DNA of 63,438 nucleotides, the filler included, from Octopus bimaculoides (taxonomy: Eukaryota): the NCBI RefSeq assembly GCF_001194135.2. It is 4 parts of 4 records of this genome, joined end to end, with 100 filler letters (N's around TTAATTAATTAA, not from the genome) between each part and the next. Parts side by side here need not be neighbours in the genome. Positions count along the whole stretch, not along the records: positions 48,119 to 59,556 come from NW_026421650.1; positions 59,657 to 63,438 come from NC_068981.1; 2 more parts are not named here. One strand, 5' to 3'. Each line of letters opens with the position of its first letter. Positions within the stretch are counted from its first letter, which is position 1. A program made the translations under genes and the position numbers. The notes under the pieces were generated by a model. The model searched no databases. It saw only the letters and a list, made by a program, of their open reading frames with translations, and was not told the origin of the DNA. This document shows, in pieces, positions 52,992-63,438 of this stretch.

Positions 52992-53260
52992 AGCTTTGTG
53001 GTAAAAAAAGTATGGTGCACAAATGTAATTTCAATAAAGAACAAAATAAGAATTTTTAACACTAACGTAAAAGCGGTGTTATTGTATGGGGCTGAGACAT
53101 TAAAAACACCCATTACAGTCTTGGAGTGGTTGGCATTAAGAAAAACATGCCAAATCAGACTGGAGTCTGGTGTAGCCTTCCAGCTTATCAGCCCTGGCCA
53201 AACCACCCTGGCCAAACCACCCAACCAGCATGGACAACAGATGTTAGATGATAATGGACC
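52992..53260 (+). mobile_element. RTE LINE fragment (RT C-terminal region joined to 3' tail)
   Basis: KKVWCTNVISIKNKIRIFNTNVKAVLLYGAET followed by the ggagtggttggc..cagactggag.. tail. Confidence 0.8.
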
Positions 53261-54139
53261 CAGAAGTCGAAGAGTAAAGTTGACATTGGTAGAACTTGAT
53301 CTCAAAACACGATGAGTCGTAACTAAACACATTTTGTCCAAAGATAATCTTTCCTTTCAAATAACTTAATCTCATAAAACAAGTGGCCATTTTTCTATTT
53401 TTTGAAATGCCTTATCCAACATGACTTTCCTATGAGAAAATGTGTTTATTGCTTGTTTGTTTGTTTGTTTCTTTTTTTTACTTTTAGTTTTCGCTTTTTT
53501 AATGTTTTATTTCATATTAATATTTAATTCATTCTTCTTCATTTTTACATAAAGTTTCCCCCCCCCCCTACTCTTTTACATTTCTCTGCATGAAGATAAG
53601 ACATTTCCTATTTTATTTTTTCACTATTTTTTTTTTAATATATTTACTTCCCACTTTTTTTTTATTGCTTTTGGCTGGTTTTACTGTGAAAAAAAAAAAA
53701 AAGACAAACTCAACTCTATTAGACTCTTATTTGATTTCCTTCGATACTGCCATGGCTACCAAGAATAAATTAGGTCATTTATAGCTTGTTTGTATTTGGG
53801 TTCGTTTCTGTGGAGAGAGAAAGAGAGAGAGAGAAAGAGAATTTCTTTGCGGTGGAGTCCTGTTGTATTTAGCCATTATTTCCCCTGAGACGTTTACTCA
53901 TTCGTTGCCTGGGGAAGTGTTTTCGTTGATCCATCTTTATTGAATTTGCAATGCCTGCTTCGATTTTTCTGTATTGTTTCTGATATATTTCTTCATTGTT
54001 GACTCTGATCAGAATATCATCATGTGAGATTTTAATCAGTTTATTATTAGGTGCAGGGTCCGGAGTGTATGTATGTGAGGTGTCCATTGCAGCTGGTTAT
54101 TTTTTTTCCTTGCTCATTTCCAGGATGTCCTGTAAATAT

Positions 54140-54534
54140 GGAGTAAAGGTTATTTGTTTGCCAACATAACATGACAGTCCTGGTTTAAGACGAATGTTGC
54201 TGTAATTTAGCCCCAGGAGACATCGTCTCCAGCTGACTATACGACATGATCCGTGTCTTTATGTTTTCGAACAAAGGAATTTAGCACTCCCACTCAGCTC
54301 AAAACAATATCTGTGTATCACAATTTCCAGGTTATTTTCCTTCATCAGCACAGAATAATTGTTCAGCTAGAGGTGGCGCTGCCAAATTCGTGTTCAAAAT
54401 ATATAGCTTTCAAATATAAGGACACAGATTGTGTCGTATAGCCAGCTGGAGACGATGTCTTCTGGGGTTAAATTACAGCAACATTCATCCTAAACAAGGA
54501 CTGCCATGTTATGTTGGCAAACAATCTTTACTCC
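54140..54534. mobile_element. MITE with long (about 120 bp) terminal inverted repeats
   Basis: ggagtaaag..tttgccaacataacatgacagtcc..ggagacatcgtctccagctgactatacgac mirrored by gtcgtatagccagctggagacgatgtc..ggactgccatgttatgttggcaaa..ctttactcc. Confidence 0.85.
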
Positions 54535-55182
54535 AAAGTACTGTTGCTGAATATCTCTCGTTTTACAAATAGTAATGCCCTGTTATATCTTCAATGTCTT
54601 CCACTCTCATTCTGGAGTTTGCAACTTAAATGTCATGTACTTTACCCGTATAGTACATTCGGTTTGTGATGGTTTATTTGGGTCTTGGGTATGACGTAAA
54701 ACTACATCTATTACTGGTGGTGATGGTAGGGAGACCTGGTTCTGAGAAGGGTGGAACAATCTCCTAGCCACTGTTGTTCCTAGGGCTCTCTGACACAGAC
54801 CAATAAAACCAGACAGGATCCTAGCTGTGGGTTAATTGGCATGTCACAAAACTGCCTTTGGAAGAGGGTCACTAACAAGACACCCCAATGGACCCATTAG
54901 ACTCAAAGTAGATAAGGCCCTTCAGCTCTTTAGCTGCTTATCTAAGAAAAGGAAACTCTAGTTACTTAGGACATAAATACATACATATGTATGTTTGTAA
55001 GTGTTCAATCTCTATGCTTGTATGTATGTATGGAGATACATAAATACACACATGTTGGTAGAAGTATATATGTCAATGCAAGTATGTATATTTAGATATG
55101 TATATGTGTGTATACCTATGTATATATGTACAGGTATATATTTATATATTGCCTGTATATGTCTCTCTCTCTCTCCCTCTCA

Positions 55183-55204
<22 letters not shown>

Positions 55205-55216
<12 letters not shown>

Positions 55217-55385
55217 GAGAATATACAAATAATGACAACAGACGAGGACAGGTGGTGTAAATAACAAAAGTATATATTAGTATGACGCTCGGGAATACGG
55301 AAAGTCTTTGACGTTTCGAGCTACGCTCTTCAACAGAAAGAATACGGAGACAAGGAGAAAAACACGGAGAAAAAAAATTGAATAG
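55205..55385 (-). mobile_element. Short PLE-like repeat carrying a U6-variant hammerhead
   Basis: Reverse complement of 47836-48018; abuts (TA)n. Confidence 0.75.
55305..55341 (-). ncRNA. Minimal type I hammerhead motif, core CUGUUGA, GUC cleavage triplet
   Basis: Minus strand TCTTT-CTGTTGA-A-GAGC-GTA-GCTC-GAAAC-GTC-AAAGA. Confidence 0.6.
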
Positions 55386-56277
55386 TGTTCAGTCAACGGT
55401 CAATCATAATAATGGCCGATCATAACAATGACTGACCGGAAGTTAGAAATTCTTATTTCAAGAGAGCTAAGAAAGGGGGAGATAACAAACGGTGATCGGG
55501 ANNNNNNNNNNNNNNNNNNNNNNNNNNNNNNNNNNNNNNNNNNNNNNNNNNNNNNNNNNNNNNNNNNNNNNNNNNNNNNNNNNNNNNNNNNNNNNNNNNN
55601 NNNNNNNNNNNNNNNNNNNNNNNNNNNNNNNNNNNNNNNNNNNNNNNNNNNNNNNNNNNNNNNNNNNNNNNNNNNNNNNNNNNNNNNNNNNNNNNNNNNN
55701 NNNNNNNNNNNNNNNNNNNNNNNNNNNNNNNNNNNNNNNNNNNNNNNNNNNNNNNNNNNNNNNNNNNNNNNNNNNNNNNNNNNNNNNNNNNNNNNNNNNN
55801 NNNNNNNNNNNNNNNNNNNNNNNNNNNNNNNNNNNNNNNNNNNNNNNNNNNNNNNNNNNNNNNNNNNNNNNNNNNNNNNNNNNNNNNNNNNNNNNNNNNN
55901 NNNNNNNNNNNNNNNNNNNNNNNNNNNNNNNNNNNNNNNNNNNNNNNNNNNNNNNNNNNNNNNNNNNNNNNNNNNNNNNNNNNNNNNNNNNNNNNNNNNN
56001 NNNNNNNNNNNNNNNNNNNNNNNNNNNNNNNNNNNNNNNNNNNNNNNNNNNNNNNNNNNNNNNNNNNNNNNNNNNNNNNNNNNNNNNNGTATGGGGGGAG
56101 GAAGAGAAAGAGAGTGAGAGAGAGGGGAAGAGAGTGAGAGAGTAAGAGAGTAAGAGTGTAGAGAGTAAGAGTGAGAGAGGGGGGAGTACGAGAGAAGAGA
56201 GTGAGAGAGAGTAAGAGAGAGGAGAGAAAGAGTAGGGGTGAAGAGAAGTGGGAGTGGAGAGAAGTATGAAGAGAGGT

Positions 56278-56649
56278 GATCATCGTTTAACGTCCGCCTT
56301 CCATGCTGGCATGGATTGGACGGTTTGACTGAGGGCTGGCAAGCCAGATGGCTGCACTAGGCTCCTATCTGATCTGGCAGAGTTTCTACAGCTGGATGCC
56401 CTTCCTAATGCCAACCACTCCGAGTGTGTAGTGGGTGCTTTTATGTACCACCAGCACGAGGGCCAGTCAGGCGGTACTGGCAATGGCCACGCTCAAATGG
56501 TGTTTTTTACATGCCACCTGCACAGGAGCCAGTCCAGCGACACTTGCAATGACCTCTCTCGAATGTTGTATTTCCTGTGCCACTGGCACAAGTGCCAGTA
56601 AGGTGACGCTGGTAATGATCATGCTTGAATGGTGCTTTTTATGTGCCAC
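56278..56649 (-). mobile_element. RTE LINE 3' tail
   Basis: catcgtttaacgtccgccttccatgctggcatgg..ctacagctggatgcccttcctaatgccaaccactccg. Confidence 0.85.
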
Positions 56650-57269
56650 NNNNNNNNNNNNNNNNNNNNNNNNNNNNNNNNNNNNNNNNNNNNNNNNNNN
56701 NNNNNNNNNNNNNNNNNNNNNNNNNNNNNNNNNNNNNNNNNNNNNNNNNNNNNNNNNNNNNNNNNNNNNNNNNNNNNNNNNNNNNNNNNNNNNNNNNNNN
56801 NNNNNNNNNNNNNNNNNNNNNNNNNNNNNNNNNNNNNNNNNNNNNNNNNNNNNNNNNNNNNNNNNNNNNNNNNNNNNNNNNNNNNNNNNNNNNNNNNNNN
56901 NNNNNNNNNNNNNNNNNNNNNNNNNNNNNNNNNNNNNNNNNNNNNNNNNNNNNNNNNNNNNNNNNNNNNNNNNNNNNNNNNNNNNNNNNNNNNNNNNNNN
57001 NNNNNNNNNNNNNNNNNNNNNNNNNNNNNNNNNNNNNNNNNNNNNNNNNNNNNNNNNNNNNNNNNNNNNNNNNNNNNNNNNNNNNNNNNNNNNNNNNNNN
57101 NNNNNNNNNNNNNNNNNNNNNNNNNNNNNNNNNNNNNNNNNNNNNNNNNNNNNNNNNNNNNNNNNNNNNNNNNNNNNNNNNNNNNNNNNNNNNNNNNNNN
57201 NNNNNNNNNNNNNNNNNNNNNNNNNNNNNNNNNNNNNNNNNNNNNNNNNNNNNNNNNNNNNNNNNNNNN

Positions 57270-57310
<41 letters not shown>

Positions 57311-57595
57311 ATATGTATGAATATATATATGTGCGTATGTGTGTATATATATGTGTGTGTCAGCATATATATAATAGAGAGAGAGAGAGAGAAAAGATAC
57401 TACAAATACCCGCATAATGGTACTTATAAGTGTACTATACAACACACATATACACGCACACATATATAAATAAATAAATACTCAAGTACACACACAGAGG
57501 CAGCAACACACACACACACACACACATCGTACAACAGAAAACAAACCAAACCAAACCAAGCAAAGCTAATAGCAATAATAATAATAATAATGATG

Positions 57596-57652
<57 letters not shown>

Positions 57653-58129
57653 GTAATAATAATAATAACTACAACGAAGAAAGAACAAAAAAAATAAAAT
57701 AAAATTAATACAAAAATATAGAAAAAAAAAATGATTCCTCCTCAAAACCCAACAAATTACGGCTGACGGGAGATATTGCTCTTTTCGGATTGAATGCTTC
57801 TTTGAGATAAAATAATCCCGTTCTCAACGTGTCCGCTGATATTTCTATGCAAATATCATTTGCAATGTTTCCCATCCAGGCAAATATGTTTCTGAGTAGG
57901 TCGAAGCATGATAAGCAGTGAATTACCCTGGGTCACTGAGCTTTGTGTCATCATCGTCATCGTCATCATCATCGTCGTCATCGTTGTCGTCATCATCATT
58001 GCTGTTGTGCTTGTGGTGGTGATGGCTGTGGTGGTCATGATAGTTGCAGTGCTTGTTGTTGTTGTAGCTGTCGGCATGGTGGCTGTCACTGAGTTCTATG
58101 TTTCCTTCCTTCCTTTTCTACACCCACAC

Positions 58130-58745
58130 CTTCTCTTTCTTCTTCAATTTTTCTTCTTTTTCTTATTGTTGTTCTTCTGCTTCTTCAATTCTTCCTTTTC
58201 TTCTTCAATTCTTCCTTTTCTTCTTCTTCTTCTTCTTCTTCTTCTTCTTCTTCTTCAATTCTTCCTTTTCTTCTTCTTCTTCTTCTTCTTCTTCTTCTTC
58301 TTCTTCAATTCTTGCTTTTCTTCTTCTTCTTCTTCAATTCTTGCTTTTCTTCTTCTTCTTCTTCTTCAATTCTTCCTTTTCTTCTTCTTCAATTCTTCCT
58401 TTTCTTCTCCTTCTTCTTCTTCTTCAATTCTTCTTTTTCTTCTTCTCCTTCTTCTTCTTCAATTCTTCATTTTCTTCTTCTTCTTCAATTCTTCCTTTTC
58501 TTCTTCTCCTTCTTCAATTCTTCCTATTCTTCTCCTTCTTCAATTCTTCCTTTTCTTTTTCTTCTTCTTCTTCTTCAATTTTTCTTCAATTCTTTTTCTT
58601 CATTTTCTACTTTTCCTTCAATTCTCCTTCTTCAGTTATTCTTCTTCTTCTTCGATTCTCCTTCTTCGTCAATTCTTCTTTTTCTTCTTCAATTCTTCTT
58701 CTTCTTCATCAATTCTTCTTTTTCTTCTTCAATTCTTCTTCTTCA
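58130..58745. repeat. (TTC)n satellite with periodic AATTCTTCCTTTTC interruptions
   Basis: Directly visible; source of the long poly-F/S/L ORFs. Confidence 0.95.
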
Positions 58746-59174
58746 AATCAACCACCACCACCACCACCACCACCACCACCACCACATTTCCCTCATTTCA
58801 TATTCAATATGGTATTCTTTATTGATCGTATTATCTGCACGTTGCTCCACATCACCAATATTATTCCCCAGTCAGTAAGGAATCGATCAAAACTATATTG
58901 ATTGAATGGAGTGGGTGTCTTTAAGTCAAGACTTTACAATGTTCAATACTTATACAGTTGGAGAAACGTACACGCTGGTACATACAGCTGTATGTACCAG
59001 TGTGTATATGTGTGTGTGTATGCATATATATATATGTGCATATATGTATGTATATATATGTATATATGTATGTATATATATACATATGTATATATATATA
59101 TTTATTTATTTATTTATTTATGTGTTTCAGCCAAGTGGCTGCGGTCATGCTATACGTATATGTATGTATATACA

Positions 59175-59556
59175 AATAATTACAGAGGCATCAAGCTGTT
59201 AGATCAGGTTATGAAAGTTACAGAGAGGGTCATAGCCCAACTAATTAGGGAGCGAATCAATTTAGATGAGATGCAGTTTGGGTTCGTGCCAGGTAAAAGC
59301 ACTACTGATGCCTTATTTCTAGTGAGACAGTTGCAAGAGAAATACCTAGCCAAGGATAAACCTCTGTACCTGGCTTTCGTTGACATGGAGAAAGCCTTTG
59401 ACAGGGTCCCCCGATCCCTTATCTGGTGGTCAATGAGGAAACTTGGGATAGAAGAATGGCTAGTGAGAGCTGTGCGAGCCATGTACAGAGATGCGGCCAG
59501 TAAGGTGAGGGTTGGAAATGAGTACAGCAATGAATTCCGGGTAGAGGTAGGGGTCC
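59175..59556 (+). mobile_element. RTE-clade LINE reverse transcriptase fragment
   Basis: Uninterrupted NYRGIKLL..QFGFVPGKSTTDALF..LAFVDMEKAFDRVPR..LGIEEWLVRAVRAMY..FRVEVGV(HQG) RT motifs; runs into a gap. Confidence 0.95.
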
Positions 59557-59656
59557 NNNNNNNNNNNNNNNNNNNNNNNNNNNNNNNNNNNNNNNNNNNN
59601 TTAATTAATTAANNNNNNNNNNNNNNNNNNNNNNNNNNNNNNNNNNNNNNNNNNNN

Positions 59657-59693
<37 letters not shown>

Positions 59694-60142
59694 CATACAT
59701 ACATACATACATACAAACATACATACATATGAAACCTTCTTAACCTCACAGTTACATACTTCATGAAATATGTATGTACCTATGGGTATGTACCTATGTG
59801 TGTGTGTGTGTGTTTGTGTATGTATGTATGTATGTATGTATTCCTCATTTATATACCTTTTCATTCCTACATAACTACAATAATCTTAAGATGGATTGAT
59901 TATTTAAATTCCACTATTATTTCTCTTTTGATAATTTTTTCTTTCCTCTGTTTATACTTTATCTAATAAGAATAATATAATACTCCTAATAATAATGATA
60001 ATTGATTCCTTTGTATGCTTATACATATACATATAAACGTATATTTATGTATATTTATGTATATGTATGCATATGTAAAAATGTGTATATATATATATAT
60101 ATGTATTTATATGTATAACTTAACCTTATGAACTTTCTAAAC

Positions 60143-60264
60143 TCTCTGATGAAGCCCAGAGGCACAACGAAGTACCTTAATCTTATCTACCAAATACTTT
60201 AGTTCACTGAAGGGATGGAAGTAAAGCGGGGTACTATGACCTCTTGGCTGAAACAGCTGTAAGA
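60143..60264 (+). ncRNA. Type I hammerhead motif with about 95-nt stem II domain
   Basis: TCT/AGA stem I, CTGATGA 60146-60152, stem II AGCC-C-AGAGG / CCTCT-T-GGCT, inner GTACC/GGTAC, GAAAC-AGCT-GTA. Confidence 0.65.
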
Positions 60265-61453
60265 AACTAGTCTACTTTCTATGTTCTACATTATATAATT
60301 TTGTAATTACTGGTATTTTTATATTTTATATATTATATATGTAAAGCATAATATGTTATACATGTATGTATATTGTTATAATCGTTTCTTTAAAAAATAA
60401 GTAAATGGATATAATATAATGTCTAAAAGTTGATGAATACCACCTCTTGATCTCTTCCATTTTCTTATTGCCATATAAATTAAGGGTAAAACAACTTTTT
60501 ACCCTCATCCATTTATTACATTCAATAGTGTAATTGTTATGCAATGAAAAAAAAACACTTGCATATTAATAATTGGGTATTCTACCAGCTGTATATATAT
60601 ATATATATATATNNNNNNNNNNNNNNNNNNNNNNNNNNNNNNNNNNNNNNNNNNNNNNNNNNNNNNNNNNNNNNNNNNNNNNNNNNNNNNNNNNNNNNNN
60701 NNNNNNNNNNNNNNNNNNNNNNNNNNNNNNNNNNNNNNNNNNNNNNNNNNNNNNNNNNNNNNNNNNNNNNNNNNNNNNNNNNNNNNNNNNNNNNNNNNNN
60801 NNNNNNNNNNNNNNNNNNNNNNNNNNNNNNNNNNNNNNNNNNNNNNNNNNNNNNNNNNNNNNNNNNNNNNNNNNNNNNNNNNNNNNNNNNNNNNNNNNNN
60901 NNNNNNNNNNNNNNNNNNNNNNNNNNNNNNNNNNNNNNNNNNNNNNNNNNNNNNNNNNNNNNNNNNNNNNNNNNNNNNNNNNNNNNNNNNNNNNNNNNNN
61001 NNNNNNNNNNNNNNNNNNNNNNNNNNNNNNNNNNNNNNNNNNNNNNNNNNNNNNNNNNNNNNNNNNNNNNNNNNNNNNNNNNNNNNNNNNNNNNNNNNNN
61101 NNNNNNNNNNNNNNNNNNNNNNNNNNNNNNNNNNNNNNNNNNNNNNNNNNNNNNNNNNNNNNNNNNNNNNNNNNNNNNNNNNNNNNNNNNNNNNNNNNNN
61201 NNNNNNNNNNNNNNNNNNNNNNNNNNNNNNNNNNNNNNNNNNNNNNNNNNNNNNNNNNNNNNNNNNNNNNNNNNNNNNNNNNNNNNNNNNNNNNNNNNNN
61301 NNNNNNNNNNNNNNNNNNNNNNNNNNNNNNNNNNNNNNNNNNNNNNNNNNNNNNNNNNNNNNNNNNNNNNNNNNNNNNNNNNNNNNNNNNNNNNNNNNNN
61401 NNNNNNNNNNNNNNNNNNNNNNNNNNATATATATATATAAATATATATATATA

Positions 61454-62010
61454 CCCTTGCTCAGAGTGAAAGGTAGGTTGTATGATGCATGTGTGTGAAC
61501 TGCCATGCTTCATGGCAGTGAAACATGGGTCATGACTGCTGAATACATGCATAGGCTCGAAAGAAATGAAGCTAGCATGATCCACTGGATGTATAATGTC
61601 AGTGTGCACACATGACAGAGTGTAAGCGCCCTGCGAGAAATGTTAGACATAAGAAGCATCAGATGTGGCGTGCAAGAGAGACGTTTGCGTTGGTATGGCC
61701 ACGTACTGTGGATGAACAAGGAAAGCTGTGTGATGAAGTGCCACTCCCAATCAGTGGAAGGAATCCGGAGTAGAGGGAAATCCAGGAAGATATTGGATGA
61801 GGTGGTAAAGCATGACCTTTGAATGTTGGGCCTCACAGAGGCAATGACAGAAGACTGAGACCCCTAGATTTATGCTGTGACTGAGAAGACCCGGCAAATA
61901 AAGTGAGTTCACAGTTGTGACCTACGCCAGCATCGCATAACCAGCCCACTCAAAAGAACCTTGGATCGTAGGGTGACATGCCTTACTTGAGGAGACTTAT
62001 TGAGTCAAGT
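61454..62010 (+). mobile_element. RTE LINE ORF C-terminus and 3' UTR (disrupted)
   Basis: LRVKGRLYDACV*TAMLHGSETW..ERRLRWYGHV..RSRGKSRK..GLTEAMT with in-frame stops. Confidence 0.9.
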
Positions 62011-62312
62011 ACATCAACATCAATATCAAAATGAAATGAAATCAAATTACAATCAAATGTTTGCTCCTTAACCTAATTTCTCACTTCACATTTGGCGTCG
62101 GAGACAAAGATAGGTATATGGTCTTTAATTATTATAAACGTATTCTTCGATAAAGTCTACCCTACCTTCAATGCCTAATGCATTACCTATCTATTTGGCT
62201 TCATGGTTTATGCTATCATTGGCCTGGAGAACAGTCATGTAATTCTGAGTGATTCTGTGTTTTGTTGTCTATTCCACAGAAATTCTTAGTCTCGTCTGCA
62301 AAGTCCTTTTAG

Positions 62313-62421
62313 AATCTTACGTGCGTCTACATTAAATTTATATTGTAAGCGAGAAGACTTACGAAATCTTACATTCGTCTACATTAAATTTATATTGTAA
62401 GCGAGAAGACTTACGAAATCT
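62313..62421. repeat. 52-bp tandem duplication
   Basis: cgtctacattaaatttatattgtaagcgagaagacttacgaaatct at 62324 and 62376. Confidence 0.95.
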
Positions 62422-62844
62422 CAGCTTGGACAGGGTGTTGTCACCATTTTAAAATCGAGTGAATCTGTTGGATAAGTCAATTGACAGAACCATAATATAT
62501 TGGTTTAAAATTTTGGTACAAGGTCAGCAGTTTTGGGGTGGTGGTAAGTCGATTACATCGACCTCAGTGTTTAATTGGTACTTATTTTATCGAACCCGAA
62601 ATGATGTAAGATAAAGTCGACCACGGCGGAACCTGAACTCAGAACATAAAGAGGTACGAAATGCCATTCAGCATTTTGCCAGCGTGCAAACGATTCACTG
62701 CCTTTACAACAGCGTAATATATTGACGAACGAAAATAATTATAATTTGTGCTGCCAAGGAAGATCCAGGTAAACCATTTTAGAGTTTAAAAAGGCAGTCA
62801 AGAATTAAATTAAGAATAAAACAAGGACAAACAAGTAAATATAT

Positions 62845-62985
62845 AAATATCTGTGACCTTGAGTTTAGAAGGTTGGAATAGTTCTTTTTTCTCATAAGTA
62901 TGCGAACTTTTTCTGCTATACAGAGTTTGCACTTAATTGACTCGTTGATGTATGGCCTTAATCTTTCTAGGATGTTTCGTTTAAT
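62845..62985 (-). mobile_element. Penelope-like element GIY-YIG endonuclease C-terminal fragment
   Basis: NILERLRPYINESIKCKLCIAEKVRIL..NLLNSRSQI matches the PLE IL..A.PY....CxLCxxEK..I....LLNxRSE pattern. Confidence 0.75.
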
Positions 62986-63269
62986 GATGTGGGGTATACG
63001 GCTGTCGGTTTCCAAATATGGCATGGGAGATTTTAAAGGTATCCTCAAACCAGAGACCATGCCTGAATGATTGGGACAGAGTAAGCTCCCCTGTTAGGTG
63101 GTGGTGCACCGTCTTGAAGGGTTTAGTCGAACAAATCGAACCTGGTACTTATTTTATCAGCCTCTAGGGCCAAACCGATAAGTTACGGGGATGTAAATAA
63201 ACCAACACCAGTTGTGAGTCGTTGGTGGGAGACAAGCACAAACACAAAGACCGCTAACCACTACACACA

Positions 63270-63438
63270 TTTTTTTTCTCTCCTTGTTTCTTTCTGTGTT
63301 CCTTTCTGTGGAAGAGCATAGGCTCGAAACGTTAAAGACTGTTTCAATTCCCGAGCGCTATACTAATACATCTGTTTGTTTTCTACACCACCTGTCTTCG
63401 TCTTTTGTTTTTTTTTGTGTGAATTCTCCCTATATATA
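63270..63438 (+). mobile_element. Short PLE-like repeat with U6-variant hammerhead (63302-63337)
   Basis: CTTT-CTGTGGA-A-GAGC-ATAG-GCTC-GAAAC-GTT-AAAG, then the family body ending aattctccc(TA)n. Confidence 0.7.

Noticed and set aside
53869-54132. 72-aa minus-strand ORF with an apparent acceptor
   Set aside because: The acceptor overlaps the MITE TIR end, there is no good donor, and it is more likely decayed transposon sequence
57908-58901. 305-aa and 267-aa F/S/L-rich ORFs
   Set aside because: Translation of the (TTC)n satellite
43415-61609. Long ORFs of 200-350 aa composed mostly of X
   Set aside because: They span assembly gaps
62779-63060. 93-aa ORF as a host gene
   Set aside because: Its only informative part is a PLE GIY-YIG C-terminal remnant

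Overview
Eukaryotic, AT-rich, microsatellite-saturated draft-assembly DNA with about 6.3 kb of N gaps. From recalled SINE and LINE families it looks like an octopus (cephalopod) scaffold; this is inference, not a database result. No host protein-coding gene could be identified with confidence, and nearly all long ORFs in the track are gap or microsatellite artefacts. The recognisable content is transposon-derived: RTE-clade LINE fragments (RT, thumb, 3' tails, a C2H2-finger tail), Penelope-like element (PLE) RT and GIY-YIG remnants, Tc1/mariner fossils and MITEs, hAT MITEs, a Helitron, and many tRNA-derived SINEs. The most interesting signal is a set of minimal type I hammerhead ribozyme motifs in short PLE-like repeats. 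These include three copies sharing a non-canonical U at core position 6, two with long inserted stem II domains, and one fused behind a tRNA-like SINE head. Several isolated candidate exons with good splice sites suggest a possible minus-strand spliced transcript, but this is unproven.
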